Positions 1-8,824 of a stretch of 44,421 nucleotides of DNA are shown in pieces. Numbering within the stretch: the stretch's first letter is position 1; every line of letters starts with the position of its first letter. A program made the position numbers and the translations under genes. The stretch covers positions 1 through 44,421 of the IMG/VR virus record IMGVR_UViG_3300037692_000159; one strand, 5' to 3'. The stretch is from a virus. Its lineage: Duplodnaviria; Caudoviricetes. The notes under the pieces were generated by a model, which saw only the letters and a list, made by a program, of their open reading frames with translations, was not told the DNA's origin and made no database searches.

Positions 1-690
1 AACATCATCCGTACGAACAGCTTCATGAACGAGATCTCCGGGGACCCGGACTTCCCCGAGACGGTGCAGCAATCGCTCCTGCGGAGGATCTCCTATGTCC
101 CGCTGCGAATATCCCTGGTCCCGCAGCAGATCAACACGCCCGAGGGGAAGGCGGTCATCAAGCCCCTGTGGGTTTTTACCTTCGACGGGGATGCCCGCCA
201 AGCGGCCATGCTCCGACAGCGGGACGCGATCTCCGCGCTCCTTCCGGGAGAACCGGAACTTCCAGCCCTCCCGCCTCCGCCAGACGATCGCCACGACGAG
301 ATCCGGGATGCTTCGGACCCCACCCTGAACGGGAAGCCGATCACGCCCCCGGATCAGACCGCCAAGGAACCCGAGGTAGTGGACACCACGGAAGGCCCCC
401 AGGACGAGCGGACAGTCGATGCGGAGGTCGTGGAGAAGGAAGCCCCCCCCGAGCGCGAACCTGGTGCCGACGAACAGGAAGACGATCCATTTCCGCCCGA
501 CAAGGCTCCATCCGAACCGCCACCGAATGAATACGCCGGCGTCCCGGGGTATCTCATGAAGGCCAAGACGAGAGCCGACTGCGAGGCGAGGTGGAACGCG
601 GTCCTCGAGCTGGTGAAGAAGAAACCCACCGGGATCCAGACGGCCATTCGGAAAGTTTACGACGACAAGATGAAGGAGCTGGCGGCATAG
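1..690 (+). CDS. 5'-truncated phage recombination-associated protein (possibly Gp3/RDF-like) with Pro/acidic disordered C-terminal half
   Basis: Frame is open from base 1; VPLRISLVPQQ..PEGK segment recalls Gp3-like proteins from memory; lies upstream of an SMC-like ATPase. Confidence 0.45.
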   Translation, partial: NIIRTNSFMNEISGDPDFPETVQQSLLRRISYVPLRISLVPQQINTPEGKAVIKPLWVFTFDGDARQAAMLRQRDAISALLPGEPELPALPPPPDDRHDEIRDASDPTLNGKPITPPDQTAKEPEVVDTTEGPQDERTVDAEVVEKEAPPEREPGADEQEDDPFPPDKAPSEPPPNEYAGVPGYLMKAKTRADCEARWNAVLELVKKKPTGIQTAIRKVYDDKMKELAA

Positions 691-715
691 CCGACCTCAA
701 CGAAAAGGAGATCCC

Positions 716-2206
716 ATGAAAATCGCAAGGCTGAAAATCAAAGATTTCCTCGGCATCAAGGAGGCGGAAATCTCCCCCGGCAAAATCACGGTGCTGGCCG
801 GGAAAAACCGCCAGGGTAAAAGCAGCATCCTCAAGGCCATCGAGGCGGCCTTCAAAGGCTGCACTCCTGCGGCGATCCACCAGGGAACCGAACGCGCGGA
901 GATCGTCGTCGACCTCGAGGACATCCTGGTGACCCGGGTGCAGACCCACAAGACCCACAGCGTCACGGTGAAAACGAAAGAGGGATTTATCCGGACCGCC
1001 CCGCAGAAATTCCTCGACGGGCTGCTCGGGAACTTCGCTTTCAACCCGCTGGCGTTCCTTCTGTCCGAGGCGAAGGCCAGGAAGGATTACCTCCTCAAGG
1101 CCATGGACGTTACGGTCACCGCCGAGCAGATCCGGGAAGCGGCCGGGGATGGGACTCAGGTCCCGGTCCCGCCCTCCGGACCGGCGCTCGAGCAGTACGC
1201 CGAGGCCCACGGATGGTTCTACCGCCAGCGCACGGAAGTGAACCGCACGCTCAAGCAGAAGATGTCCGCGGCCGCAGAGACGAAAAAGAAGCTCCCCGAA
1301 GCGTACGTCTACAACCCGAACGTCCTCGTTGAGATCGACCGGTGGAGGGATCAGGAACAGACCATCGAACGCAGGATCGCCGCCCTCGAGGAGGAACAGA
1401 AGGCGGCAGAGCGGGCGGAGAAAACCCGGGCACGGATCGGCAAAGAGCAGGAGGAGCTGGCGATCAGCTTCGCGGGGAAGATGCAACTGGCAAAGGCGAT
1501 CACATACAGCGATGCAGATGCCAAGAATGCGATCGATCTGATTGCCTCCCTCGAGGAGAAGCTGGCGACCGCCAAGAGAAACAAGGACCACATCGTGAAC
1601 GAAAGACAGCGAAGGATGCGCCTCGAGGAAGAAGCGGCGACTCTCGATGGTCGATTGACGAAAAACCTTGAGACCATCGCGGAACTTCCTTCACCCTTCG
1701 ACGCGAAGAAGCTCGAGGCCGAGCAGGAGAGCCTTGCCGAAACGACTACCCGGGTCGTGGCCCTCAAGGACGAACAGAAGCGCATGGCGATTTTCGAGGA
1801 GGTCGATAGCCTCAAGGAGGAGATCCAGAACCTCGAGGAGGAATCCGGCCGCCTGTCCGCCCTGACGGAACTCTTCGGGAAGGAACTCCCCGCCAAGGCG
1901 CTGGCCGAGGCGAAACTGCCGATCGAGGGACTGCAGATCGGGGAGGCGGGGATCCTCGTCTCCGGTGTGCCGATCGACCAGCTTTCTGCCTCGGAGCAGA
2001 TCGAGGTCACCCTGTCGATCGCCCGGGCCCTCTCCCGGGAACTGCCCCTGATCTGCATCGACGGGGTCGAACGTCTGGACGAGGAAACCTTCGCCGAATT
2101 CGTGAAGCAGTCCGGTTCGGACGGATTCCAGTATTTCGTGACGCGCGTCGGTGCGCCCCACGAGGGCGAGCTCGAAGTGCGCGAGGGGAAAGTGGTGACT
2201 GGGTAA
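716..2206 (+). CDS. SMC/SbcC(Rad50)-like ABC ATPase with coiled coil
   Basis: Walker A GKNRQGKSS, long coiled coil, signature-like LSASEQ, Walker B ICIDGVERLD; GGAG RBS. Confidence 0.88.
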   Translation: MKIARLKIKDFLGIKEAEISPGKITVLAGKNRQGKSSILKAIEAAFKGCTPAAIHQGTERAEIVVDLEDILVTRVQTHKTHSVTVKTKEGFIRTAPQKFLDGLLGNFAFNPLAFLLSEAKARKDYLLKAMDVTVTAEQIREAAGDGTQVPVPPSGPALEQYAEAHGWFYRQRTEVNRTLKQKMSAAAETKKKLPEAYVYNPNVLVEIDRWRDQEQTIERRIAALEEEQKAAERAEKTRARIGKEQEELAISFAGKMQLAKAITYSDADAKNAIDLIASLEEKLATAKRNKDHIVNERQRRMRLEEEAATLDGRLTKNLETIAELPSPFDAKKLEAEQESLAETTTRVVALKDEQKRMAIFEEVDSLKEEIQNLEEESGRLSALTELFGKELPAKALAEAKLPIEGLQIGEAGILVSGVPIDQLSASEQIEVTLSIARALSRELPLICIDGVERLDEETFAEFVKQSGSDGFQYFVTRVGAPHEGELEVREGKVVTG

Positions 2207-2571
2207 TGGGACATTGCCCGATATGCAAAGAGACGATCCAGATGGGAGCCATTCGCCATGAATGCCCGGATGTTCTTTTCAGCAGATTGTCTCCGGCAGA
2301 AATAGAGCGCCTCGCACTTCTCGCGGAGGAAATGGGTGAGGCGATCCAGGTGATCGGGAAGATCCTGCGGCACGGATACGAGAGCTGTCATCCGAATGGA
2401 GGGCCGAGGAATCGAGAACTTTTGGAGAAGGAACTCGGCGATGTGAGGGCAGCGATGATGATTATGGTCAAGGCCAACGATCTATGCCTGGACGCTATAT
2501 GGGCACACGAAGAGAACAAGGAGAAAAATGTTCAGAGATACCTCCATCACCAACAGGAAGATTTCGCGTGA
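2206..2571 (+). CDS. MazG-like nucleotide pyrophosphohydrolase
   Basis: LAEEMGEAIQVIGKILRHG ... EKELGDV acidic helix pair (ExxE...ExxD); TAATG coupling. Confidence 0.75.
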   Translation: MGHCPICKETIQMGAIRHECPDVLFSRLSPAEIERLALLAEEMGEAIQVIGKILRHGYESCHPNGGPRNRELLEKELGDVRAAMMIMVKANDLCLDAIWAHEENKEKNVQRYLHHQQEDFA

Positions 2572-2756
2572 ACCGCCCTGACCGCCCACGCGTCCCCTGC
2601 CCGAGTATCGGTTGCACAAATGAAATGGACCCACGTTCCAGCATGTGCCGCATATGCGCCGTGGCCGTCCAGAAGGCCACCTTCACCATACCGAAGAGGA
2701 GGCCAATGTTGATCGTGCCGTACCGCTACCAGTACCGGGAGAAAAGGTGGAGGTGA
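2568..2756 (+). CDS. Small Cys-rich hypothetical protein
   Basis: GTGA overlap with upstream stop; CxxxxC...CxxC. Confidence 0.5.
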   Translation: MNRPDRPRVPCPSIGCTNEMDPRSSMCRICAVAVQKATFTIPKRRPMLIVPYRYQYREKRWR

Positions 2757-2758
2757 GG

Positions 2759-2935
2759 ATGAAAATGACGGACGAGGAAGCCATCGTAAAGTGGGTCGCC
2801 CTTGTGAATAAGATGGCCCGCGAAATGGACGAGAAGGCGGCGTCCGTTCATCCATCCGCTTGGCCCGAGATGATGAAGGCGGAGAACGAGAAGTACCGCA
2901 AGCTCGCCGCCCAGGTGCCAGAGGTGAAGGGATGA
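2759..2935 (+). CDS. Small helical hypothetical protein
   Basis: GGAGGTG RBS, 58 aa, ATGA-coupled to next gene. Confidence 0.55.
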   Translation: MKMTDEEAIVKWVALVNKMAREMDEKAASVHPSAWPEMMKAENEKYRKLAAQVPEVKG

Positions 2936-3234
2936 GCACCACTGATTGTCAGGATTGCCAGCGTCCCTACGGCGATGCGCACGGATTCCCTGACCTCATC
3001 ATTCCCTTTTGGGCGTGGAAGGAGATTTCCCCGAGCGGCGACGAGGGTGGCCTGCTCTGTCCAAGCTGCATTTGCAAGCGGCTGCACGACAAGAACATCC
3101 GGTGCGAGGGAGCGTTCATGTCAGGCCCGATCATATCGGTGTCCGAACCGACCATGAATGCCCTGAGGCGCGTCGAAAATATTGAGCTTGCGATTGAAGG
3201 AAGAGATAACCGTTGGAGCGGCATCCGTGGCTGA
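2932..3234 (+). CDS. Zinc-finger hypothetical protein
   Basis: CQDC ... LLCPSC; ATGA overlap. Confidence 0.65.
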   Translation: MSTTDCQDCQRPYGDAHGFPDLIIPFWAWKEISPSGDEGGLLCPSCICKRLHDKNIRCEGAFMSGPIISVSEPTMNALRRVENIELAIEGRDNRWSGIRG

Positions 3235-4129
3235 CCGGTCACGCATCGACCGTGGCCTTTACTGGGACCGTTCCTGGCGCGTCGTGTCCGGTTGCACGAA
3301 GGTCTCCCCCGGCTGCGCCCATTGCTGGTCAGAGCGGGAGACCGTGATGCGCGGGAAGAACCCGAACGAGAAGATTGCCGAGCGGTACGGTGGTGGGGAG
3401 TGCACGACCGGCGGGAAGTGGAACGGGCAGGTACGCCTTGCCACAGATCGCGTGCTGACGGAACCACTGCGAGTAAAGAAGCCGCAGGCGTGGGCGGCGT
3501 GGAATGACCTTTTTCACAAGGATGTTCCGCATGGATTCATTGTATCCGTATTCAGCTACATAGAGGCTGCGCCTTGGCACACTTTCCTGGTTCTCACAAA
3601 GCGGCCAGACCGGATGCTTTACCATTTCCGGGGCGGACTCAGCAAGAAGTTCCCTGTGCTCCCGAACCTGTGGCTCGGCACTACCATCGAGGGACCCGAA
3701 GCAATGTGGCGTCGGGACGTGCTGGTGGATGTCCCTGCCGCGCTCCGGTTCATCTCATTTGAGCCGCTTCTGGCCGATCCTGGTGAGGTGGATTTCAGGG
3801 GGATATCGTGGTGCATCGTTGGTGGGGAGTCCGGCCCCGGAGCGCGACCCATGCACCCGGATTGGGCACGGTCGTTGCGGGGACAGTGCCAAGCGGCTGC
3901 GGTGCCCTTCTTCTTCAAGCAGTGGGGGCCGTGGGTCCCCGATGATTTCCACACCGTCACGCCATCTGGCGCCACGCCGAAACGGGTGTGGGTCCACGTC
4001 ACCACCGGAGAAGCATACGAGCACTCCTACCCCTACAACTGCGCGCAGATGATGCACGTCGGCAAGAAGGCCGCGGGCCGCCTCCTTGACGGTCGCGTAT
4101 GGGACCAGGTGCCGGAGGGGAAGGGATGA
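3227..4129 (+). CDS. Phage Gp37Gp68 (DUF5131) family protein, radical-SAM-like
   Basis: GCTKVSPGCAHCW, DLFH, LTKRP, NLWLGTT, SFEPLL, IVGGESGPGARPM, FFFKQWG, GRLLDG. Confidence 0.92.
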   Translation: MADRSRIDRGLYWDRSWRVVSGCTKVSPGCAHCWSERETVMRGKNPNEKIAERYGGGECTTGGKWNGQVRLATDRVLTEPLRVKKPQAWAAWNDLFHKDVPHGFIVSVFSYIEAAPWHTFLVLTKRPDRMLYHFRGGLSKKFPVLPNLWLGTTIEGPEAMWRRDVLVDVPAALRFISFEPLLADPGEVDFRGISWCIVGGESGPGARPMHPDWARSLRGQCQAAAVPFFFKQWGPWVPDDFHTVTPSGATPKRVWVHVTTGEAYEHSYPYNCAQMMHVGKKAAGRLLDGRVWDQVPEGKG

Positions 4130-4590
4130 CGAAAATCTACCTTCAGCACACCAGCGTCAAGGCCGAGCGCTCCGTCTCCGAGATCATCTCCGAGATCGCC
4201 AGCCGCGGCGCCACGCAGGTCCGTCAGGACTTCGATTCCAATGGGCTTCTCCGAGGCCTCGCCTTCCTGATCACACTGCCGGACGGGAAACAGGTTCCGG
4301 TCGAACTCCCCGCCCGGGTCGAGGCTATGAAAAATCGGATCTACCGGGATCTCGGGCCGCGACAGAGGGACCAGTGGAAGCAGGACGGTCGCCTCGACGA
4401 GGCCGCGTACCGCATCTGCTGGCGGCAGCTTTCCGCTTGGGTCAAGGCTCAGATGGCCCTGGTCGATCTCGACATGGTGCGTCCGGAGGAGATCTTCCTG
4501 CCATTCGTCTCCGTTGCACCCGGGAGGAGTGTGTACCAAGTAATCGCGGAACGCGGGTTCGAGATGAAAGCCCTCAAGGGGAAGGACTGA
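4126..4590 (+). CDS. Phage hypothetical protein
   Basis: ATGA overlap; 154 aa with RICWRQLSAWVKAQMA...EIFLPF pattern. Confidence 0.75.
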   Translation: MTKIYLQHTSVKAERSVSEIISEIASRGATQVRQDFDSNGLLRGLAFLITLPDGKQVPVELPARVEAMKNRIYRDLGPRQRDQWKQDGRLDEAAYRICWRQLSAWVKAQMALVDLDMVRPEEIFLPFVSVAPGRSVYQVIAERGFEMKALKGKD

Positions 4591-4790
4591 TGCCGAACCG
4601 ACTTCCCTCATGTGCCGCCTGTGGGCCTCGCTACCGGCACCTACCGAAAAACTGTCCAGTTGCCCGGAAATCGGAGATCGACGCCCCGAGGGGGATTCTC
4701 TTCATTCCGAATGGCATTCCCGCGCTGATTGCCTCTTTTCGGCTCGCTCGGAAGGCGATAGACGACATTTTAAAGGAATTGGGCGCATGA
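4590..4790 (+). CDS. Small hypothetical protein upstream of integrase (possible excisionase/RDF by position only)
   Basis: TGATG coupling, 66 aa, CxxC near the N-terminus. Confidence 0.45.
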   Translation: MPNRLPSCAACGPRYRHLPKNCPVARKSEIDAPRGILFIPNGIPALIASFRLARKAIDDILKELGA

Positions 4791-4799
4791 CCTCCCCCT

Positions 4800-4897
4800 C
4801 CCCGCCGTCGCTTCCCGGGGTTCCTAATCCTCCCCAGGGATTGATCCCGGGAGGCACGGCGGGGTATCCTCTCCCCACAAATCGCCCTGGGGAGGGA
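4800..4897 (+). promoter_or_regulatory. Structured leader upstream of the integrase start that can occlude its RBS
   Basis: CCCCGCCGT-C-GCTTCCCGGG (4800-4819) pairs with CCCGGGAGGC-ACGGCGGGG (4846-4864); CTCCCCA (4871-4877) pairs with TGGGGAG (4888-4894) over the SD. Confidence 0.55.
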
Positions 4898-4903
4898 ATC
4901 TGC

Positions 4904-6094
4904 ATGGCCGGATATGTTCGGACGAACGAGAAGTGCCCCGTCTGCCGTCAATCATTTGAAGAGGAATTGTCGGGCCGGTTCCGGGTGCTCCTTTGCCCTG
5001 TTTGCAGGACCGCGCCTCGCCGCCTGTACGTCGATACCTCCGGGTTCGGCCTCAAGACGAGGAAGCGGTATTCGGACCGGGACGGGAAGGTGTTCGCTTC
5101 CTATGAGGCGGCGTCTCAATTCCTGGATGCGATGAGGGCAGCGAAGTCTTCCCGCGCCGGGTGGGATGCTACCGAATGGGAGCAGACGAGCCGGAAGGAG
5201 TATCTGTTCGAGGTCGAGTGGAAGAAGTTCACCGCCGCCCGGGAGTCGGATTGGTCCGCCAGGTACAAGCGGCAGGTAGAGTGGGTGCGCGTCAAGCTCG
5301 TTTCTCCACGGTGGGGGGGGATCGATGTAAGGGACTTGAGGACGGCGCACATGATCGACCTGAAGACGGCGATTTCAGGGGAAGGGTATGCGCCGTCCGT
5401 GGTCAAGCTCGTCGTCGGGATCACCATGTCCTTCCTCGAAGAGATGCGGCGCCGTGGGGACATCAAGGAAAACATCGTCCGCCCGATGGTGAAAGTTCCG
5501 CAACGCGACCTGTATATCCTAGACGCTGTACAGCAGGAGAGAATCATCTCCAAGGCCCCCTTGATGTATCAGTCGTCGATGCGGTTATCCGCGAGGACCG
5601 GGGTTCGTCCATGCGAGGTATGCGCGGTCAGGGTCAAGGATGTTGTTGGTGGGTTCCTGCATTTCCAGCGGTCAATAGACGACCACGGGAACGTGACGGA
5701 TACCAAAACGGGGAAGATCCACCGGAAGCCTGTCCCGGCGGACATGGAAGGTGTGATTTCCGAAGCGATGCAGGATAAGACCCTTGGGGCGTATCTATTT
5801 ACCGGCAGAACCGGAAAACCGCATCGTCCATGCTATCTGTCCCGCGAGTGGAAACGGGCGGCTAAAAAAGCGGGGTTCCAGGGGGTTTCGCTCACGGTCG
5901 GTACCCGCCATTCCTTCGCAACGCGCACCTGGCGCGAGGAGGAAAAGGAAGCGAAGGTCAGGACGGCAAAGGCGGTCGGCCATTCAGGGCCGGGCGTTAC
6001 CTTCCGGCATTATGTGGCAGGAGGAATTGTCCGTGAACTGTCCGTGGGAAAAGAAAGCCGCCCGGAAGATATAGAGAAGGAAGGGAAATCTTGA
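4904..6094 (+). CDS. int: Tyrosine recombinase/integrase with N-terminal C4 zinc motif
   Basis: TGVRPCE (Arg), TKTGK (Lys), GTRHSFAT, VGHS...TFRHY (His/Tyr); GGAGG SD at 4891-4895; alternative in-frame ATG at 4787. Confidence 0.9.
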   Translation: MAGYVRTNEKCPVCRQSFEEELSGRFRVLLCPVCRTAPRRLYVDTSGFGLKTRKRYSDRDGKVFASYEAASQFLDAMRAAKSSRAGWDATEWEQTSRKEYLFEVEWKKFTAARESDWSARYKRQVEWVRVKLVSPRWGGIDVRDLRTAHMIDLKTAISGEGYAPSVVKLVVGITMSFLEEMRRRGDIKENIVRPMVKVPQRDLYILDAVQQERIISKAPLMYQSSMRLSARTGVRPCEVCAVRVKDVVGGFLHFQRSIDDHGNVTDTKTGKIHRKPVPADMEGVISEAMQDKTLGAYLFTGRTGKPHRPCYLSREWKRAAKKAGFQGVSLTVGTRHSFATRTWREEEKEAKVRTAKAVGHSGPGVTFRHYVAGGIVRELSVGKESRPEDIEKEGKS

Positions 6095-6178
6095 ACGTAC
6101 AGCCTACATCCGAAAGGATGACTATGCACGAAATCACAGGGGAAAAGGTAGCATAATGCTGTCCGTGGATTGTCCGTG
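6028..6178. repeat. Putative attP: two tandem pairs of TGTCCGTG direct repeats flanking a candidate core
   Basis: TGTCCGTG at 6028, 6039, 6160, 6171 (11-bp period within each pair); CATCC-GAAA-GGATG inverted repeat at 6107-6120. Confidence 0.7.
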
Positions 6179-6196
6179 GAGGGAGGGGGGGGTTAG

Positions 6197-6529
6197 TCAC
6201 ATCACCTTCTTCCGGCTGTCCTCCCGTTCCCATCGGGCAAGCGTTTCTTCCGCGTCCACCTCCTGCCGGAACACCTCGGGGGAGAGCACCTTCATGAATT
6301 GCAACGCGCAGGACTTGTAGAACTGCGCGAGTTTCGGCTTGTCGTATCCCCGAACGAAGGCGAACGCCGCGTCTGCCGAGGCCCCATGCGCCGCTTGGTA
6401 ATCTGCCCCGGCGAAAGCATCGCCAGCGAACAGGATGAATCCGGAGAAGGAGTGCTCCTTCCCGTCCGGTCCACGGATGGAAATGGTGTGCCCTTCATCA
6501 TCGGTCAGAATCCTCCACTCGCTGGTCAT
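6197..6529 (-). CDS. Hypothetical protein, last gene of the late arm
   Basis: 110 aa, GAGGA SD upstream, closely follows the previous stop. Confidence 0.65.
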   Translation of the reverse strand: MTSEWRILTDDEGHTISIRGPDGKEHSFSGFILFAGDAFAGADYQAAHGASADAAFAFVRGYDKPKLAQFYKSCALQFMKVLSPEVFRQEVDAEETLARWEREDSRKKVM

Positions 6530-6531
6530 CC

Positions 6532-6852
6532 CTAATCCTCGATCACGTCGTTCGGATATCCATCGAGGGAGACGGCTTCGGCATGGTGCTTGGTGTTGTG
6601 GATCGTCACCAGCTCGACGAACTTCCTGCTCATCCATTGGTTCTGCTTGCGGATCACCTTGAGGCCGCCGACCACCTTGCGTCGGAAGATATCTTGGTCG
6701 GTCTTCTCCTCTATGCGCTTCTGCTCCGTGAGGAGGCGGTCTTTTTCCCTCTTGTCGTCGCTCTGCTTGAACCTGCGGCCGAGCCAGATCGTCAGCCCGG
6801 CGACGACGAGAGGGGGGCCGAAGTGGTAGAGGAACTCCTGCACCGTTATCAC
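6532..6852 (-). CDS. Single-TM membrane protein with helical tail (lysis-associated?)
   Basis: FGPPLVVAGLTIWLG hydrophobic segment; GTGA overlap. Confidence 0.6.
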   Translation of the reverse strand: MITVQEFLYHFGPPLVVAGLTIWLGRRFKQSDDKREKDRLLTEQKRIEEKTDQDIFRRKVVGGLKVIRKQNQWMSRKFVELVTIHNTKHHAEAVSLDGYPNDVIED

Positions 6853-7292
6853 CTTCCCACCCCGGCGGCGAATCCGATGGCCGCTCCGATCAATGCCCAC
6901 TTCCCGGCGTCCCACAGCCGCTTGTACCAGGGTGTCTTCCCGATCTTCTTCCCGGTCTCCGTTGCCTCTTTCGCCATCGCAAGGGCCTCATCCCGGTCCT
7001 TCGTCAGGACGTCGACACGCTTCTCGAGGAGTCCCTTCGCCGCCTTGCAGTCCTCGACCAGGATGATCCCGCGGTTGAGCGCATCCTCGCAGGCAGTGGC
7101 CCTCTCCCCATCCATTTTCCCCCTTTCCAGGTCCTCGAGCAATTTCTCCGCCTGGTCGTAGGGGATTACCAGCTCCCTTTTTACGGCCGCCCCCGAATCC
7201 TCCGCCGCCCAGGAGAGGCGATCTCCTCCCTGGGATGAAGGGCAGGCAAGGACGATCGCCCCGCATAGGGTAAATACGAGCAATCTTCTCAT
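6849..7292 (-). CDS. Spanin-like protein: signal peptide/possible lipobox, coiled coil, C-terminal hydrophobic tail
   Basis: MRRLLVFTLCGAIVLAC; ends WALIGAAIGFAAGVGR; ATGA overlap. Confidence 0.55.
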   Translation of the reverse strand: MRRLLVFTLCGAIVLACPSSQGGDRLSWAAEDSGAAVKRELVIPYDQAEKLLEDLERGKMDGERATACEDALNRGIILVEDCKAAKGLLEKRVDVLTKDRDEALAMAKEATETGKKIGKTPWYKRLWDAGKWALIGAAIGFAAGVGR

Positions 7293-7684
7293 CGGAGGAC
7301 CGCCTTGTAGCCAGTCGCGGAGAATCTGGTCAGAAGCTCCTTGTCGTCCTTCGGCTTTGTGGGATACACTTTCCCCCTCACTTCCGCATATTTCTTGATG
7401 GCAGAGTCCCACTTCGCATTCGATACAGCGATCCGCTTCTCGAGCTCGGCACGTTGCCGGGCCGCCTCCTTGTCCCCGGCCTCGATCGCCGCCAGCTTTT
7501 CGTTGACCTGTTTTTCCAGCGCGTCGATCCGCTGGTAATATTTGTCCGCCATCTTCTGCGCATGTTGTGCGCCCAGGTATCCTGAGAAGACCACGGCAAC
7601 GAGGATCGCCACGACGAGAATCGCGAACCAGTTCTTATTCCAGTGGTCGGCGATCTTTCTTTTTACGCTCTCCACGGTTTCCAC
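7289..7684 (-). CDS. i-spanin (Rz)-like protein
   Basis: N-terminal TM WFAILVVAILVAVVFSGYL followed by coiled coil; GGGAGG SD; GTG start. Confidence 0.6.
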   Translation of the reverse strand: METVESVKRKIADHWNKNWFAILVVAILVAVVFSGYLGAQHAQKMADKYYQRIDALEKQVNEKLAAIEAGDKEAARQRAELEKRIAVSNAKWDSAIKKYAEVRGKVYPTKPKDDKELLTRFSATGYKAVLR

Positions 7685-7847
7685 TACATTTTCCTCCCTT
7701 CCTGAAATAGACCGGACAGGAAGTTTCCTTGCACCCCTGATCCCCATCCGCCATACAGGGATGGAGGACAAGCTTCCCGCACGTCGGACAAGCGGAAATC
7801 CGAACCCGCCTGTGGTTATTTGCCAAGCACAACCACCTTCCATGCAC
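7635..7847 (-). CDS. Possible small Cys-rich protein
   Basis: Spans the gap between holin and spanin-like genes; CPTC plus further Cys; overlaps both neighbours, so uncertain. Confidence 0.25.
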   Translation of the reverse strand: MHGRWLCLANNHRRVRISACPTCGKLVLHPCMADGDQGCKETSCPVYFRKGGKCSGNRGERKKKDRRPLE

Positions 7848-8130
7848 GGTTCAAATACCCGGCCACGGCGCCCGAGACGATCCCCTTGCTCGCAAGTACG
7901 TTTCCCGTGTAGCTTTTGTATCCGGTCACGACGACGTACAGGACGGCCAAGAGAATCGGCATGGCCGGGAAGATGCGGGTCCATATTTCCCCCGGGCGCA
8001 TGAACCCCGACGCCTGCCCCGCCTCCTGGAAGAAAATTTGCTTGATGAGCCAGCAGGCTGTGATGGCGAAGATCACTGCCACCGGGTCGATGAATTGCTG
8101 TGCGGTTGAGAAGAACCCCCACTCATCCAT
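7816..8130 (-). CDS. Putative holin (2-3 TM)
   Basis: 104 aa with up to three hydrophobic segments, in lysis cluster. Confidence 0.6.
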   Translation of the reverse strand: MDEWGFFSTAQQFIDPVAVIFAITACWLIKQIFFQEAGQASGFMRPGEIWTRIFPAMPILLAVLYVVVTGYKSYTGNVLASKGIVSGAVAGYLNRAWKVVVLGK

Positions 8131-8134
8131 TTCA

Positions 8135-8254
8135 TTATCCCAAAGCCGGGGGCTGGCCGAACCACCCCTTGACCTTCGCGATGATCCAGTCCCCGAGGAA
8201 GTGCCCGAGGATGGCTCCGAAGAGGATGTATCCGATCGGGTCCAGCAAGCTCAT
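8135..8254 (-). CDS. 39-aa membrane peptide (absent from ORF track)
   Basis: MSLLDPIGYILFGAILGHFLGDWIIAKVKGWFGQPPALG; GGAGG SD; ATGA overlap. Confidence 0.6.
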   Translation of the reverse strand: MSLLDPIGYILFGAILGHFLGDWIIAKVKGWFGQPPALG

Positions 8255-8622
8255 GGTGTACCCTCCTTTTCGATTCGCTCCCGCTTCTTCTGCAACGACT
8301 CTATTTCCGAGGTGATGTCTTCCTTCTGCTTCTCGAACACCTTCTTCGCCTTCGGGGGCAGCTTCCCGCCCTGCTCTTCGATCACGATCTGCCGGAGCTG
8401 CCGGCGGTTTTCCCCGATCTGGCTGTCGATCTGCCAGAGGTTGAGCTCCTTCTGCGTCATCCCGGCGAGATGTTCTACCTTCAGGATCTTCTCGTTGGTT
8501 TCTCCCCTCGGGGCGAAGTATGCGATCGAGCCAACCGTCGCCGCCACGATGGTAGCCCCGAACCCGAACATCGCCCCGGCCGTGCGGAACTTATCGGACC
8601 ATCGTTCCTTCTTCCCCGGCAT
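8251..8622 (-). CDS. Single-TM protein with coiled-coil tail
   Basis: AGAMFGFGATIVAATVGSIAYF TM followed by a charged helical region. Confidence 0.55.
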   Translation of the reverse strand: MPGKKERWSDKFRTAGAMFGFGATIVAATVGSIAYFAPRGETNEKILKVEHLAGMTQKELNLWQIDSQIGENRRQLRQIVIEEQGGKLPPKAKKVFEKQKEDITSEIESLQKKRERIEKEGTP

Positions 8623-8630
8623 CGCGGCGC

Positions 8631-8822
8631 CTATCTTCCGACCCGGATCTCGTGCATGGAGCCTATAACCCCGAAGGCGGCAAGGAGCCAAAGGACCACC
8701 GCAATCACCACCACGATGTTGATGATCGTCTTGATCTTCTGATCCATTGGGATATAGGTGTTGACGAGCCACAGCAGAACACCGACCACGATCAGAACGA
8801 TGACCAGATGAATCAGCGGCAT
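8631..8822 (-). CDS. Small two-TM membrane protein (Thivi_2564-like from memory)
   Basis: MPLIHLVIVLIVVGVLLWLVNTYIPMD..IK.IINIVVVIAVVLWLL; AGGAGG SD. Confidence 0.75.
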   Translation of the reverse strand: MPLIHLVIVLIVVGVLLWLVNTYIPMDQKIKTIINIVVVIAVVLWLLAAFGVIGSMHEIRVGR

Positions 8823-8824
8823 GG

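Noticed and set aside
4610-4903. 494-aa integrase as given by the ORF track
   Set aside because: The upstream part overlaps the 4590-4790 gene; the best SD supports ATG 4904, with 4787 as an alternative
6028-6178. CRISPR mini-array or tRNA at the att region
   Set aside because: Repeats are only 8 bp with irregular spacing; no cloverleaf or T-loop consensus found
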